From: Candidatus Poribacteria bacterium
GTDB lineage: Bacteria; Poribacteria; WGA-4E; WGA-3G
Assembly: GCA_965220325.1 (NCBI GenBank)
Contig: OZ244821.1
Location: forward strand, 1,179,428-1,243,427
DNA length: 64,000 bases
Reading direction: 5' to 3'
Shown here one piece after another: positions 1-9,099 of the stretch. Numbering within the stretch: position 1 is the first letter of the stretch; every line of letters begins with the position of its first letter. A program made the translations under genes and the position numbers. Under the pieces are notes generated by a model. That model did no database searches and was not told where the DNA came from. It saw only the letters and a program-made list of their open reading frames with translations.

Positions 1-267
1 GGCTATCCCACGCAAAAACCGCTCGGAATCCTTAATCGTATTGTCAAAGTGCATTCAGCACCAGGCGATAGCCTTTTAGATTTTTTTGCGGGCAGTGGGA
101 CGCTTGGTGAAGCCGCAGCACTACATGGCCGTTCCTCAATTTTGGTCGATGATAATATCCCCGCAATCAAAATTATTATGGAAAGGTTGGCATCTTATGA
201 CATTCAACTTACTAACACTGACTATGATGCATTGATGGAGGTAACCAATGGAAAATCCTCAGCGTGA
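1..267 (+). CDS. DNA methyltransferase (N4/N6 DNA_methylase family, beta-class), C-terminal fragment; 5' end lies outside the window
   Basis: Frame 1 from base 1 reads GYPTQKPLGILNRIV...DFFAGSGTLGEAA. The PTxKP and DPF/DFFxGSGT motifs are characteristic of the C-terminal half of PF01555 amino-methyltransferases. Confidence 0.7.
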   Translation, partial: GYPTQKPLGILNRIVKVHSAPGDSLLDFFAGSGTLGEAAALHGRSSILVDDNIPAIKIIMERLASYDIQLTNTDYDALMEVTNGKSSA

Positions 268-814
268 CTCGGCTGTGAGGGAAATAATCTCTATTGCTGA
301 AGACCTACGCAACGAATACAAAAATTATAATTCAGACTGGGTAGAAAGCCCATTCGCGTGGATTAAAGATCTACCATCCAGAACAAGAGGAAAAGTTGGC
401 GAACAACTTATAGAGTACTGGTGTACGGGGCAAAATTTTGAGGTCAGACCTTCGCCAGATTCTGAGGCTGACCGTATCATTAGCGGGCTGCGTGTGGAAA
501 TAAAATCTTCGACCCTATGGAAAAGTGGTATTTATAAGTTTCAGCAATTAAGAGATCAGGCTTACGATGTTGTTGTTTGTTTAGGTCTTAGTCCGCACAA
601 TGTCCACTGTTGGGTACTATCCAAAGAGGTGATACTGGAGCAATGGAGATCTGGTGGAATAGGTTCACAACATGGAGGAAGCCAGGGCGTAGATACCGCG
701 TGGTTGGAGGTTAATCCGAATACCCCTCAGACTTGGTTAATACCGCAGAGTGGTAAACCTGCTGATGCCATCAAAATACTTCGCCAATTTGCAGAGGCGA
801 GACATTGTGAATAA
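248..814 (+). CDS. putative type II restriction endonuclease partner (PD-(D/E)XK fold)
   Basis: Overlaps the methyltransferase stop by 20 nt, suggesting coupling. RPSPDSEAD...GLRVEIKSS provides a PD...(E)IK catalytic signature. No other recognisable family. Confidence 0.45.
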   Translation: MENPQRDSAVREIISIAEDLRNEYKNYNSDWVESPFAWIKDLPSRTRGKVGEQLIEYWCTGQNFEVRPSPDSEADRIISGLRVEIKSSTLWKSGIYKFQQLRDQAYDVVVCLGLSPHNVHCWVLSKEVILEQWRSGGIGSQHGGSQGVDTAWLEVNPNTPQTWLIPQSGKPADAIKILRQFAEARHCE

Positions 815-904
815 GTAGGTATTTGATAACGCAAGTTGCCAGGGCGATTTAGTTTTCGGTTTTGGCTTGGGTTTTCGTTTACATAAGTTGATGTTTTCTT
901 ATGA

Positions 905-986
905 AAGATCGCGAGCACAGCTCGCTCCTACAAGGGAGAAATATTTACATAGATAAAGTAAATATGTAAAACTAAGTACCCCTGCG
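905..986 (+). repeat. REP element copy (GATCGCGAGCACAGCTCGCTCCTAC hairpin followed by TTTACATAGATAAAGTAAATATGTAAA hairpin)
   Basis: The same roughly 80 bp unit recurs at about 14415, 21497, 26310 and 61180. It has a GTAG/CTAC tetranucleotide next to an imperfect palindrome, the classic REP architecture. It is preceded by a CAGGGCGATTTAGTTTTCGGTTTT module that is also seen at 6821 and 61113. Confidence 0.6.
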
Positions 987-1004
987 CAAGTTGCCACCTT
1001 TTAT

Positions 1005-1080
1005 TGACATAGCACTCCTACGGAGTGTAAGACGTTGGATATACTGTTTTCTATAGATATATCACCCCTACGGGGTGAGG
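1005..1080. repeat. paired-hairpin repeat (CACTCC-TAC-GGAGTG ... CACCCC-TAC-GGGGTG), core-only copy
   Basis: Homologous to the cores at about 21650-21740 and 23775-23860 (GCCCC-GCT/TAC-GGGGC pairs separated by ...CGTTTCTATAGACATA...). The stem sequence differs here but pairing is preserved. Confidence 0.5.
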
Positions 1081-1490
1081 AAAATACTTGAAACCCTCAT
1101 TGAAGGACGCAGAAATACCCGAGCAAAACACGAAAATCTGTTAGTAGCAACTTGGGTTATTTGATAGCAGGACTTACGCACTTTTGACGATATGATGCTC
1201 CGTTAGCGGGTAAACTCTCAAAAAACAGAGGCGTTCTCAGTGCACAGGAGACCAACGGTTTCCTATGGTACAAAAGACCCACAGGCTAACAGCCTATGGT
1301 ACAAAAGAGCAACTTGGGTTATTTGATAGTATAAAACCTGTCAATACCAATTACGCAGTTTTTCTGAAAGAAACGGGAAGTTACTTTTGGACTATCTTTT
1401 ATCGGGGTAGACGTTTCTAATAGATAAGGGAAAATGGCCCGCTTATTTTTTATGGAACGGTTCGTCAGATAGACAAGGGAGGGATATACA

Positions 1491-2156
1491 ATGAAAGGAA
1501 TTAAAGAAATTTCGGAACAGATTCGAGAAGGGATAACCCGATTTATAGAAGCAGTAGACGACACCGAATCCGCGCTTGATAAAACTATCGTCGATATGAA
1601 GGAGCGGCTCGCCGAGGCAAAAGACCTCGTCGCTACAGCAATCGCAGAGGAACAGAGACTTAAACGCGCCTATCAAGAGGCTATGGATGCCGCTGAAATC
1701 TGCCGTAAAAAAGCACACGCTGCTTCTCAATCGGAGGACCTTGAGTTTGCAAGGGACGCACGCCAACGCCGGCAACAACATCTATTACGCGCAGACGACT
1801 ATAAACGTCAGATAGATACCCAAGCGGCAGTTGTTGACCGTCTCAAAACTGAGATCCACGACTTTTATCACCGGTTCCGAGATGCAGTGAAACGCGCGGA
1901 GACCCTCTGTTATCATCAGAGACAGACAGAAACGCGCGCAAAACTCTATAAATTGCTGTCCGATGAGGTAGACAACGACGTGTCTAAAGCCTTTGAACAA
2001 GCGGAGCAGAAATTAAAAGCGACAGAAGCCGAAGCGGAGGTTTGGGAGCGAAAGCGTCTGCACACTACGACCGAAGCAGAAACGACAGAAGACGCTACTA
2101 ACTTGGACCAAGCACTCACGAAACTTAAAGAAGAGGTCTTGGGCAGTCGTGATTAA
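1491..2156 (+). CDS. pspA: PspA/IM30 (phage shock protein A / Vipp1) family protein
   Basis: 221 aa coiled-coil protein. The N-terminus MKGIKEISEQIREGITRFIEAVDDTESALDKTIVDMKERLAEAKDLVATAIAEEQRLKR is typical of PspA/IM30. Confidence 0.75.
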   Translation: MKGIKEISEQIREGITRFIEAVDDTESALDKTIVDMKERLAEAKDLVATAIAEEQRLKRAYQEAMDAAEICRKKAHAASQSEDLEFARDARQRRQQHLLRADDYKRQIDTQAAVVDRLKTEIHDFYHRFRDAVKRAETLCYHQRQTETRAKLYKLLSDEVDNDVSKAFEQAEQKLKATEAEAEVWERKRLHTTTEAETTEDATNLDQALTKLKEEVLGSRD

Positions 2157-2907
2157 CCTCTTGGCGTTGACAAAATACTTTGGTAAGTTATGTGCCGTTG
2201 ATGCGCTCACGTTGCAAGTAGCGGCAGGTGAGATATTCGGGTTTCTTGGACCCAATGGTGCAGGAAAGACAACAACCATCAATATGCTCACAGGCTTGCT
2301 CCGTCCGACATCTGGCACAGCGACCCTCGCCGGATACGACATTCAGAAACAAGGGCTCCAGGCAAAGGCGATTCTTGGGCTGATGCCGGATACCCCGCAG
2401 CTGTATGAAGCGTTGACGGGTAGGCAGTTTGTCCGTATGATCGCCGATCTATATGAGGTACCACCGAAACAAGCCGAAAATGAGATGGATAGCCTACTTG
2501 CACAACTTGAGCTTAACGATGCCGCGGATGATCAGATTAAAGGATATTCCTACGGTATGCAGAAGAAGATATTGCTTATCTCACTCCTCGTGCATCACCC
2601 GAAGATACTCTTTCTTGATGAACCTACCAGCGGTCTGGACCCGAGAAGTGCGCGTACCGTCCGCGAGATCTTGCGTCAACGTTGTGAACACGGATGCACG
2701 GTCTTCATGACAACACATATCCTCGAAATCGCGGAACGGATATGCGACCGCGTCGGTATCATTAGTAAGGGACGACTTATCGCTGTCGGGACGATAGCGG
2801 ACCTACAGCAGAGAAAGCGCGAAACCCATGCAGACCCTACCAGCGATAACCCGCAGCAGACCGAAACGTTGGAGGATATTTTCCTGGATCTAACGGCGGA
2901 TGCCTAA
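2149..2907 (+). CDS. ABC transporter ATP-binding protein
   Basis: Walker A GPNGAGKTTT, signature-like YSYGMQKK, Walker B ILFLDEPTSGLD. The GTG start overlaps the pspA stop by 8 nt. Confidence 0.85.
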   Translation: MINLLALTKYFGKLCAVDALTLQVAAGEIFGFLGPNGAGKTTTINMLTGLLRPTSGTATLAGYDIQKQGLQAKAILGLMPDTPQLYEALTGRQFVRMIADLYEVPPKQAENEMDSLLAQLELNDAADDQIKGYSYGMQKKILLISLLVHHPKILFLDEPTSGLDPRSARTVREILRQRCEHGCTVFMTTHILEIAERICDRVGIISKGRLIAVGTIADLQQRKRETHADPTSDNPQQTETLEDIFLDLTADA

Positions 2908-2966
2908 AACTCAGCAGTTAACTACGAACCGGTCTTGCTGATAGGCGAAAGCCGACGCCATTTCCC

Positions 2967-4595
2967 ATGTTAAAAAATATCCGGATCCTATTAAAAGCCG
3001 ATTATCAAGGATGGGTGAATAACCTTAAACACAGCGGAGAGACGTGGCGGAAAGGTGCTTTAAAGGGTGTCGCTTATCTCGTTCTCATCATCGCTCTGGC
3101 GGTGTTAGGCAACTCCCTTTTCAGCCATTTGCGTCTCACCGAAGCAGAACCGACGCTTCTATTAGGCGTAATCAATGGGTTCATAGCATTTGGCGTTATT
3201 GTCGTCGCAAAGGAGTTGATGGAAGGTTCCCTGAAGATTCTATATGAGGCACCAGACACCGCACGCTTACACGCTACACCGATGCGTTCGGTGGCGATTT
3301 TCGGATATAAGTTCCTCCACCTCACCATCACACGCTTTCTGAGCATTCTCTGTTTCCTCGGACCCCCGTGGGTGATGTTCGGGGTAATCTTTGAACTGCC
3401 GTGGTATTTTTATATAGGACTATTTCCAACGTGCCTGGGTCTGCTCATCGTCATCGCGAGTTATGTCACCATCAGTATGATGCTCATTGCCCGCTTCTTC
3501 TCATCTGGCGGACTCATTACCACACTCAAGGTGCTCGGTACAGCCGTCAGCGTGATGGTCGGTTTTCTTTTGCCGTTGACACTGTTTACCTCGTTTGATG
3601 CAATACCGGTGAAACAGATTTTGCTCGATTGGGCAGCCCCAGAAACGACAGACGCAGGCACTAAATGGTATCCACACGAATGGATTGGGCAACTCTTATT
3701 AATCTGGACGACTGAATCCACAATACAAGACCGATGGCGATGGGTACTCGGAGGTATCGGCGGAAGTGTTGCCTCTATGGCGGTGGCAATTCTCGTTGCA
3801 CAACTGATCTATCAGCGCGGTTGGGAAAATATCCGTCTGTTGAAAACGAAGCGTAAATCTATACGCCACAACGGTGATTCTAAAGCATCGTCGCTAAAAG
3901 GTATTACCGTGGCACTCGGACGGGGACCAATAAAAGCCATGATGCTAAAAGATTTTCTAATCTATGTCAGGCACAGTGGGCGACTCATTGCGATACTAAT
4001 GCTTACGCTTTTTCTTGCACTTCACATCGGTGTCCTATTTATACACGGCGGTGGGATGAACGCTGCCGAAAGTCTTACGGTACAAATTGTACTTTACAGC
4101 CTTCTGATTACCTTCGGTATTAGTTGTAACGGTTTTCGGGATGAAGGAAAAACGTGGTGGATGCTGAAATCTGCACCTGTCACACCAAGATTGGTATTTA
4201 TCGGAAAATTCCTGACTGCCCTCCTCTGTGCGTTGGTTTATGCTGAATTCTGGTCGTTGGTCGCCGTTTATCTACTTCCGATTCCGAGGCACAATTGGAT
4301 GCCGTTGCTGCTGATGCCTATAATAACGCTGCCAGCGGGATGCGCATTAAATACTGCGATCGGAACGTTGCCGTGGATGGCGGAATTAACACAACAACCC
4401 AAACCCGTTTTACGGGTTATAACCTTCACAGGAATACTCATTGTTGATGTGGGACTTATCATTGTGCCGGTGATAGCTTGGTACACAGAAAGTTTCGTTC
4501 TCTTTACAGGGTTAATGCTCGTCCTCGTCGTTGTGTTTATAGTGTGCTATAGATGGGGCATAAATAACCTTCGCAAGTTGTTAGTCGCACAATGA
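2967..4595 (+). CDS. polytopic membrane protein, probable ABC-2-type permease partner
   Basis: 542 aa with many hydrophobic helices. Lies immediately downstream of the ABC ATPase in the same orientation. Confidence 0.5.
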   Translation: MLKNIRILLKADYQGWVNNLKHSGETWRKGALKGVAYLVLIIALAVLGNSLFSHLRLTEAEPTLLLGVINGFIAFGVIVVAKELMEGSLKILYEAPDTARLHATPMRSVAIFGYKFLHLTITRFLSILCFLGPPWVMFGVIFELPWYFYIGLFPTCLGLLIVIASYVTISMMLIARFFSSGGLITTLKVLGTAVSVMVGFLLPLTLFTSFDAIPVKQILLDWAAPETTDAGTKWYPHEWIGQLLLIWTTESTIQDRWRWVLGGIGGSVASMAVAILVAQLIYQRGWENIRLLKTKRKSIRHNGDSKASSLKGITVALGRGPIKAMMLKDFLIYVRHSGRLIAILMLTLFLALHIGVLFIHGGGMNAAESLTVQIVLYSLLITFGISCNGFRDEGKTWWMLKSAPVTPRLVFIGKFLTALLCALVYAEFWSLVAVYLLPIPRHNWMPLLLMPIITLPAGCALNTAIGTLPWMAELTQQPKPVLRVITFTGILIVDVGLIIVPVIAWYTESFVLFTGLMLVLVVVFIVCYRWGINNLRKLLVAQ

Positions 4596-4650
4596 TCCAG
4601 TCCCTACGACTTGACAAAATATTTACACACCCATGAGAAAGAAGGAAAAA

Positions 4651-5175
4651 ATGTTAATAGAATATGAGGGTATAACACCAAAAATACACGCCTCTGTCTT
4701 CGTCGCACCGGGTGCGATGATTATTGGCGATGTAACCGTTGGTGAAGAATCGAGCATCTGGTTTAACTGTGTGCTCCGCGGGGATTTAGAACCCATCCGC
4801 ATCGGGTGCCGCACGAACGTACAGGACGGTTCCGTTATACACATGGACAAAGAAATCCCATGCCTTATCGGAGATGATGTCACGATCGGACACGGCGCGA
4901 TTCTCCACAGCTGCACCATCGGCAACGAAGCACTGATCGGTATGGGCGCGATCCTCTTAACCGGTTCAGTCATCGGTGAACGTGCTATTGTCGCAGCGGG
5001 GACACTTGTCCGGGAAGGGCAAGAAATCCCCGCAGGAACGCTCGCAATGGGGGTACCCGCAGTTGTGCGCCGTGAGGCTACCGAAGCGGAACTTGAACGC
5101 GTCCAACGCGGCAAGGACGATTATGTCTTACGTGGCAAACTGATGCAAGAAGCAGGTGTTAGCCAGAGCACGTGA
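4651..5175 (+). CDS. gamma-carbonic anhydrase family / hexapeptide-repeat (LbH) protein
   Basis: MLIEYEGITPKIHASVFVAPGAMIIGDVTVGEESSIWFNCVLRGD... is a typical gamma-CA/YrdA family sequence. GAAGGA Shine-Dalgarno lies 6 nt upstream of the ATG at 4651. The track ORF begins at 4633. Confidence 0.8.
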   Translation: MLIEYEGITPKIHASVFVAPGAMIIGDVTVGEESSIWFNCVLRGDLEPIRIGCRTNVQDGSVIHMDKEIPCLIGDDVTIGHGAILHSCTIGNEALIGMGAILLTGSVIGERAIVAAGTLVREGQEIPAGTLAMGVPAVVRREATEAELERVQRGKDDYVLRGKLMQEAGVSQST

Positions 5176-5263
5176 ACCCAAGCATCGCGCCGGGAAACCG
5201 GATATACGGAGAAGGATATTCTTCGCAAAACTAACCTGAACGAACCGCAAGGAAATTAAAAAT

Positions 5264-6307
5264 ATGGCAAAACGAACATGTTTGATGATTGGTGGCAGTG
5301 GTATGGCAGGCGGCTGGATCCACAACTTCACGACTAATTTCAGGGACCGGATTCAGATCATCGGTCTCGCGGACGTGAATACCGATGTTCTCGCAACACA
5401 AGGCGAGGCGTTAGGACTCAGCACCTCACAACTATTCACAGACTTTAACGAGGCGTGTGCAGAGGTCAAAGCAGACTTTTGTGGCGTTGCGACCCCACCC
5501 CAATTTCACAGTCCGGCAGCAATCGCTGCTATGGAAAACGGGATGCCTGTTATCTGCGAAAAACCGATCGCGGATACCTTGGACGCAGCGAAGGCGATGG
5601 TACACACCGCACAGAAAACCGGATTACCGTGTGCAATTATCCAAAACTATCGTTACGCCAATAACAAACAGGAATTAATCCGTATCCGTGATGAAGGCAG
5701 ATTGGGACGACTTCAGCATATCGTGGGCAGATACGCGTGCGACTATCGGCGCTATCTCTCTTGGGGAAAAGAGTGGCGACACGATATGGATTTTTCACTC
5801 CTCTTTGAAGCCTCCGTTCATCATTTAGACATGCTACGGTTCCTATCCGGCGGCGATTGTGAAACGTTGATCGGATTTGGCTGGAACCCCGAATGGTCGA
5901 GCTTCCAGCACTACTCCAGCGGCCTCTATATGATGCGGATGGATAACGGCGTTCATACCGCTTATGAAGGGAATAGCTCCGCGGCCGGTATCATCAACTG
6001 CTGGAACCATGAACACTATCGCGCAGAGTTTGAGCAGGGTGCCGTCGAGATCGCAGGCGGAAACCAGATGACGATCCACCGCGTCGGCGGTGAAAGAGAG
6101 GTCTATGAGGCACCACCGATCCCCTATCACGCACATACCCATCTGTTCGATGAATTCTTGAATTGGCTTGATGGCGGCGAACCGTCTGATACTCGGATTG
6201 AGGACAACATCAAAAGCTTTGTGCTGGTCATCGCCGCAATGGAAACGAGCGTTGATGGGCAACCGAAACACATTGCTGACTATCTCAGCGACTTGAACCT
6301 TAATTAA
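5264..6307 (+). CDS. Gfo/Idh/MocA family NAD(P)-dependent oxidoreductase
   Basis: N-terminal Rossmann fold GGSGMAGGW and the EKP motif (VICEKPIADTLDAAKAM). Confidence 0.8.
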   Translation: MAKRTCLMIGGSGMAGGWIHNFTTNFRDRIQIIGLADVNTDVLATQGEALGLSTSQLFTDFNEACAEVKADFCGVATPPQFHSPAAIAAMENGMPVICEKPIADTLDAAKAMVHTAQKTGLPCAIIQNYRYANNKQELIRIRDEGRLGRLQHIVGRYACDYRRYLSWGKEWRHDMDFSLLFEASVHHLDMLRFLSGGDCETLIGFGWNPEWSSFQHYSSGLYMMRMDNGVHTAYEGNSSAAGIINCWNHEHYRAEFEQGAVEIAGGNQMTIHRVGGEREVYEAPPIPYHAHTHLFDEFLNWLDGGEPSDTRIEDNIKSFVLVIAAMETSVDGQPKHIADYLSDLNLN

Positions 6308-6412
6308 GTAGGACTTACGCATGGTAGAGATATTGATGGACGGAAGGATGGAAGGAACGGAAGGATGGCGGGACACCCCCAATCTTCCAATCTTCCAATC
6401 TTGCGTAAGTCC
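6308..6412. repeat. hairpin microsatellite element: GGACTTACGCA inverted repeats enclosing a (GGAAGGATGG)n / (CCAATCTTCC)n palindromic core
   Basis: AGGACTTACGCATGG at 6311 and CGTAAGTCC at about 6402. The interior is GGAAGG-type repeats followed by their reverse complement. The same family occurs at 33205-33335, with single arms at 25192, 29938 and 38805. Confidence 0.55.
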
Positions 6413-6427
6413 TGTTAAGTGTAAACT

Positions 6428-6736
6428 ATGCTCAATCCAAACGACGAACTGAACAACGAAATACCGACTGTCCTTGAGGATATTCCAGAATCGGAACAGC
6501 GCGCCTTACTTGAAAAAGCAGCGACCTGGATTGTCCGGCGGGGTCTCACCGCGCCGGCAATTATCGCCTTAGAGACTTGCAAGCCTCTCAATTTTTTGGG
6601 CAGTCAATTTCTGATCGCCTTCAGTCCTTTTGTTCAAGCGATTTTCAAAGGCGAAGAATACCACAAATTCGCACTCGTCATAGAAAAAGATGCGAATGTT
6701 GAACTCCTAATTGAATTGATTGAGGCACAATCATAG
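6428..6736 (+). CDS. hypothetical protein (102 aa)
   Basis: ORF bracketed by GGACTTACGCA motifs at 6311 and 6764. No recognisable domain. Confidence 0.35.
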   Translation: MLNPNDELNNEIPTVLEDIPESEQRALLEKAATWIVRRGLTAPAIIALETCKPLNFLGSQFLIAFSPFVQAIFKGEEYHKFALVIEKDANVELLIELIEAQS

Positions 6737-6987
6737 GGTGTGTCAATATTTCGTCAATTGTTTAGGACTTACGCATCCGGAAACCCTTTTGTAGCAAGTG
6801 GTTGTTGGTTGTTGGTAAGACAGGGCGATTTAGTTTTAAGAAATTATTGGGTTTCAGGTCTTTCTTTACAGATCCGGTTCGGTTAGGAAACCGAACCTAC
6901 CGTGCCTGGGTGGACGGTGTATTGTTAATGCGATATAAACTTTTAGAAATGGTATAACCTTACCGAACCGCAAGGAAAATTAAAAAT

Positions 6988-8328
6988 ATGGCAGTAGAAC
7001 TAAAAATGCTTCAGATGGATCAGACCATGACCAAAGGCAAAATCGGGAAATGGCTCGTTAAAGAAGGCGATACCGTCACCGAGGGACAACCCTTATTAGA
7101 GATTGAGACCGATAAGGTCGTCCATGAACAGGAGTCCCCTACCGACGGGATTATTGCCCAGATCCTTGCTGAAGAGGGCACCAATGTTCCCGTCAACGCT
7201 ATACTAGCTGTTATCGGTGCCCAAGGGGAAGAGGTTGCGCGCATTGAAGCGGACACCGCACCAGAGCAAGAGGTACAAGCGAAACCTGAACAACCGACAC
7301 CATCGCCTACCGGTGATGCACCGAAAGCCTCCCCAGCCGCGCGTCAACTTGCAGAGAAACTCGCTATCAACCTCACCGAAGTCAAACCATCCGGACCCGG
7401 TGGCCGTATCCTTGAAAGCGATGTCCAACGGTATATCGACTTGAGGGAACCGGTGCCTTCAGTTGAAACCCCGCGCCTTAAGGCATCTCCGCTCGCAAGG
7501 CGACTCGCGAAAGAGCAGGGTGTTAATCTCACTTCAATTGCCGGTTCTGGCCCCGAGGGTAGAATCGTCCGAGACGATGTGTTACAAGCCGCCAGTGCAG
7601 CCCCTGAAGTGCCTGTTGTAGAGACACCAGCGATTCAACAAGCAGCAGAAGTTATCGCTATGGACGGTATCCGCGGAATTATTGCGGAACGGATGACCCT
7701 CAGCGTTCAGACGAACGCCAGCGTCACGCTCCATACCGAGACTGACGCAACGGCACTTGTTGAATTGCGGGGGATGCTCAATGAGAAACTACAAGCAAGA
7801 GAGGTGAACATCACTTACACGGATCTGCTTGTGAAGGTCGTCGCAAACGCTTTACGGGAACATCCGCGACTCAATGCGACACTCACGGATGAAGGCATCC
7901 ATCTATTACCAGAAATTAACATCGGGGTTGCCGTCGCACTGGCGGATGGACTCGTGGTGCCGGTGGTTCGGAATGCTGATAAGGAGCGGTTATCGGAGAT
8001 TTCAGGACAGGTGAAAAATTTCGCTGAACGGGCACGGCGTAATCAACTAACACCTGGAGAACTTCAAGGTGGGACCTTTACGATTACGAATCTCGGAAAC
8101 TTCGGGATTGATGCGTTCACGCCGATCATCAATCCGCCGGAGAGTGCTATTCTTGGCGTAGGGCGGATTCTGAAGAAGCCAGTCGTCGATAACGATGAGA
8201 TTGTTATCCGAAGCATGTTGACGCTAAGTCTGACATTTGACCATCGTGTTGTAGATGGTGCACCTGCAGCGCAGTTCCTGCAAACAGTTTCTAACTATAT
8301 TCAGGATCCGTATCTGTTGTTGGTGTAG
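6988..8328 (+). CDS. dihydrolipoamide acyltransferase (E2 component of a 2-oxo-acid dehydrogenase complex)
   Basis: Lipoyl domain (LEIETDKV), two peripheral-subunit-binding domains (SPLARRLAKEQGVNLTSIAGSGPEGRI), and catalytic domain DHRVVDG. Confidence 0.85.
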   Translation: MAVELKMLQMDQTMTKGKIGKWLVKEGDTVTEGQPLLEIETDKVVHEQESPTDGIIAQILAEEGTNVPVNAILAVIGAQGEEVARIEADTAPEQEVQAKPEQPTPSPTGDAPKASPAARQLAEKLAINLTEVKPSGPGGRILESDVQRYIDLREPVPSVETPRLKASPLARRLAKEQGVNLTSIAGSGPEGRIVRDDVLQAASAAPEVPVVETPAIQQAAEVIAMDGIRGIIAERMTLSVQTNASVTLHTETDATALVELRGMLNEKLQAREVNITYTDLLVKVVANALREHPRLNATLTDEGIHLLPEINIGVAVALADGLVVPVVRNADKERLSEISGQVKNFAERARRNQLTPGELQGGTFTITNLGNFGIDAFTPIINPPESAILGVGRILKKPVVDNDEIVIRSMLTLSLTFDHRVVDGAPAAQFLQTVSNYIQDPYLLLV

Positions 8329-8331
8329 TGT

Positions 8332-8751
8332 CTACCAACATTCTGTCTGTAGCGATTCGACTTCATCGAAATGTGTGTCTCGTGTGACGAGGATTAAATC
8401 GTGTTGCATAGCAATTGCAGCGATCCAAATATCATTATTCGGGATAGGTCTACCTTTCCTTCGCAGCCGTTCTTTGATGATTCCGTACCACTGTGCCGTT
8501 TCCAAATCACAAGAAAGAAAAATATATTCTTCTACGAATACATTGATTCTGTGAAGATTTTCTGTAACCTTATTCGATTTCTGTGCGCCGTAGTAGAGTT
8601 CACCAACTGTCGGAGAAGCTAAGAACAAGTTATTACCATTTTGCATTTTTTCTTCGATCGCCGTGTCACCGGTAAGCATTCCGATAACGATGTTGGTGTC
8701 CAAAAGATAGTTACCATTCTGATTCATCGACCTGTCCGCAGTCCTCTTCAA
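8332..8751 (-). CDS. vapC: type II toxin-antitoxin system VapC family toxin (PIN domain)
   Basis: N-terminal YLLDTNIVIGML is a PIN signature. Convergent with the E2 gene and overlaps the upstream antitoxin ORF. Confidence 0.7.
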   Translation of the reverse strand: MKRTADRSMNQNGNYLLDTNIVIGMLTGDTAIEEKMQNGNNLFLASPTVGELYYGAQKSNKVTENLHRINVFVEEYIFLSCDLETAQWYGIIKERLRRKGRPIPNNDIWIAAIAMQHDLILVTRDTHFDEVESLQTECW

Positions 8752-8941
8752 TTGCGCGCTTTATTTCTTCAAGATCCTCAGGTGGGAACAATCCGACAAA
8801 TTTAAGCAGTTCCTTACCTGGGATGCCTCTTATGGGTTCGCCTAAAAAAGAGAGGATAGAATTCAAAATCTGTTTCTGTTGCACAGGCGTAAGTTTGTCT
8901 AATCGCTGGACAATCTCTTGGATAGTTGTTGGGTTTTCCAT
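8711..8941 (-). CDS. putative antitoxin (DUF2281-like) of the VapC pair
   Basis: Start placed at MENPTTIQEIVQRLDKL, 9 nt downstream of a perfect AAGGAGGT Shine-Dalgarno. The longer track ORF to 9031 lacks an RBS. Sequence is similar to ORF 10540-10761. Confidence 0.5.
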   Translation of the reverse strand: MENPTTIQEIVQRLDKLTPVQQKQILNSILSFLGEPIRGIPGKELLKFVGLFPPEDLEEIKRAIEEDCGQVDESEW

Positions 8942-9099
8942 CGTTTTACCTCCTTTTTGCGTAAAACCAGAAACGTGATAGTAGGGGTTGGGTAACCCAA
9001 CCTCTCCTATTATACAACGAGAAAATGGCAATTTTCAAGGTTAAAAGGAGATTATATACAAGTTGAAAAACGAAAACGGTTTATGATATAATAAGAATC

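Noticed and set aside
1319-1781. Minus-strand ORFs of 81 and 112 aa
   Set aside because: They are antisense to pspA and the upstream leader. No support.
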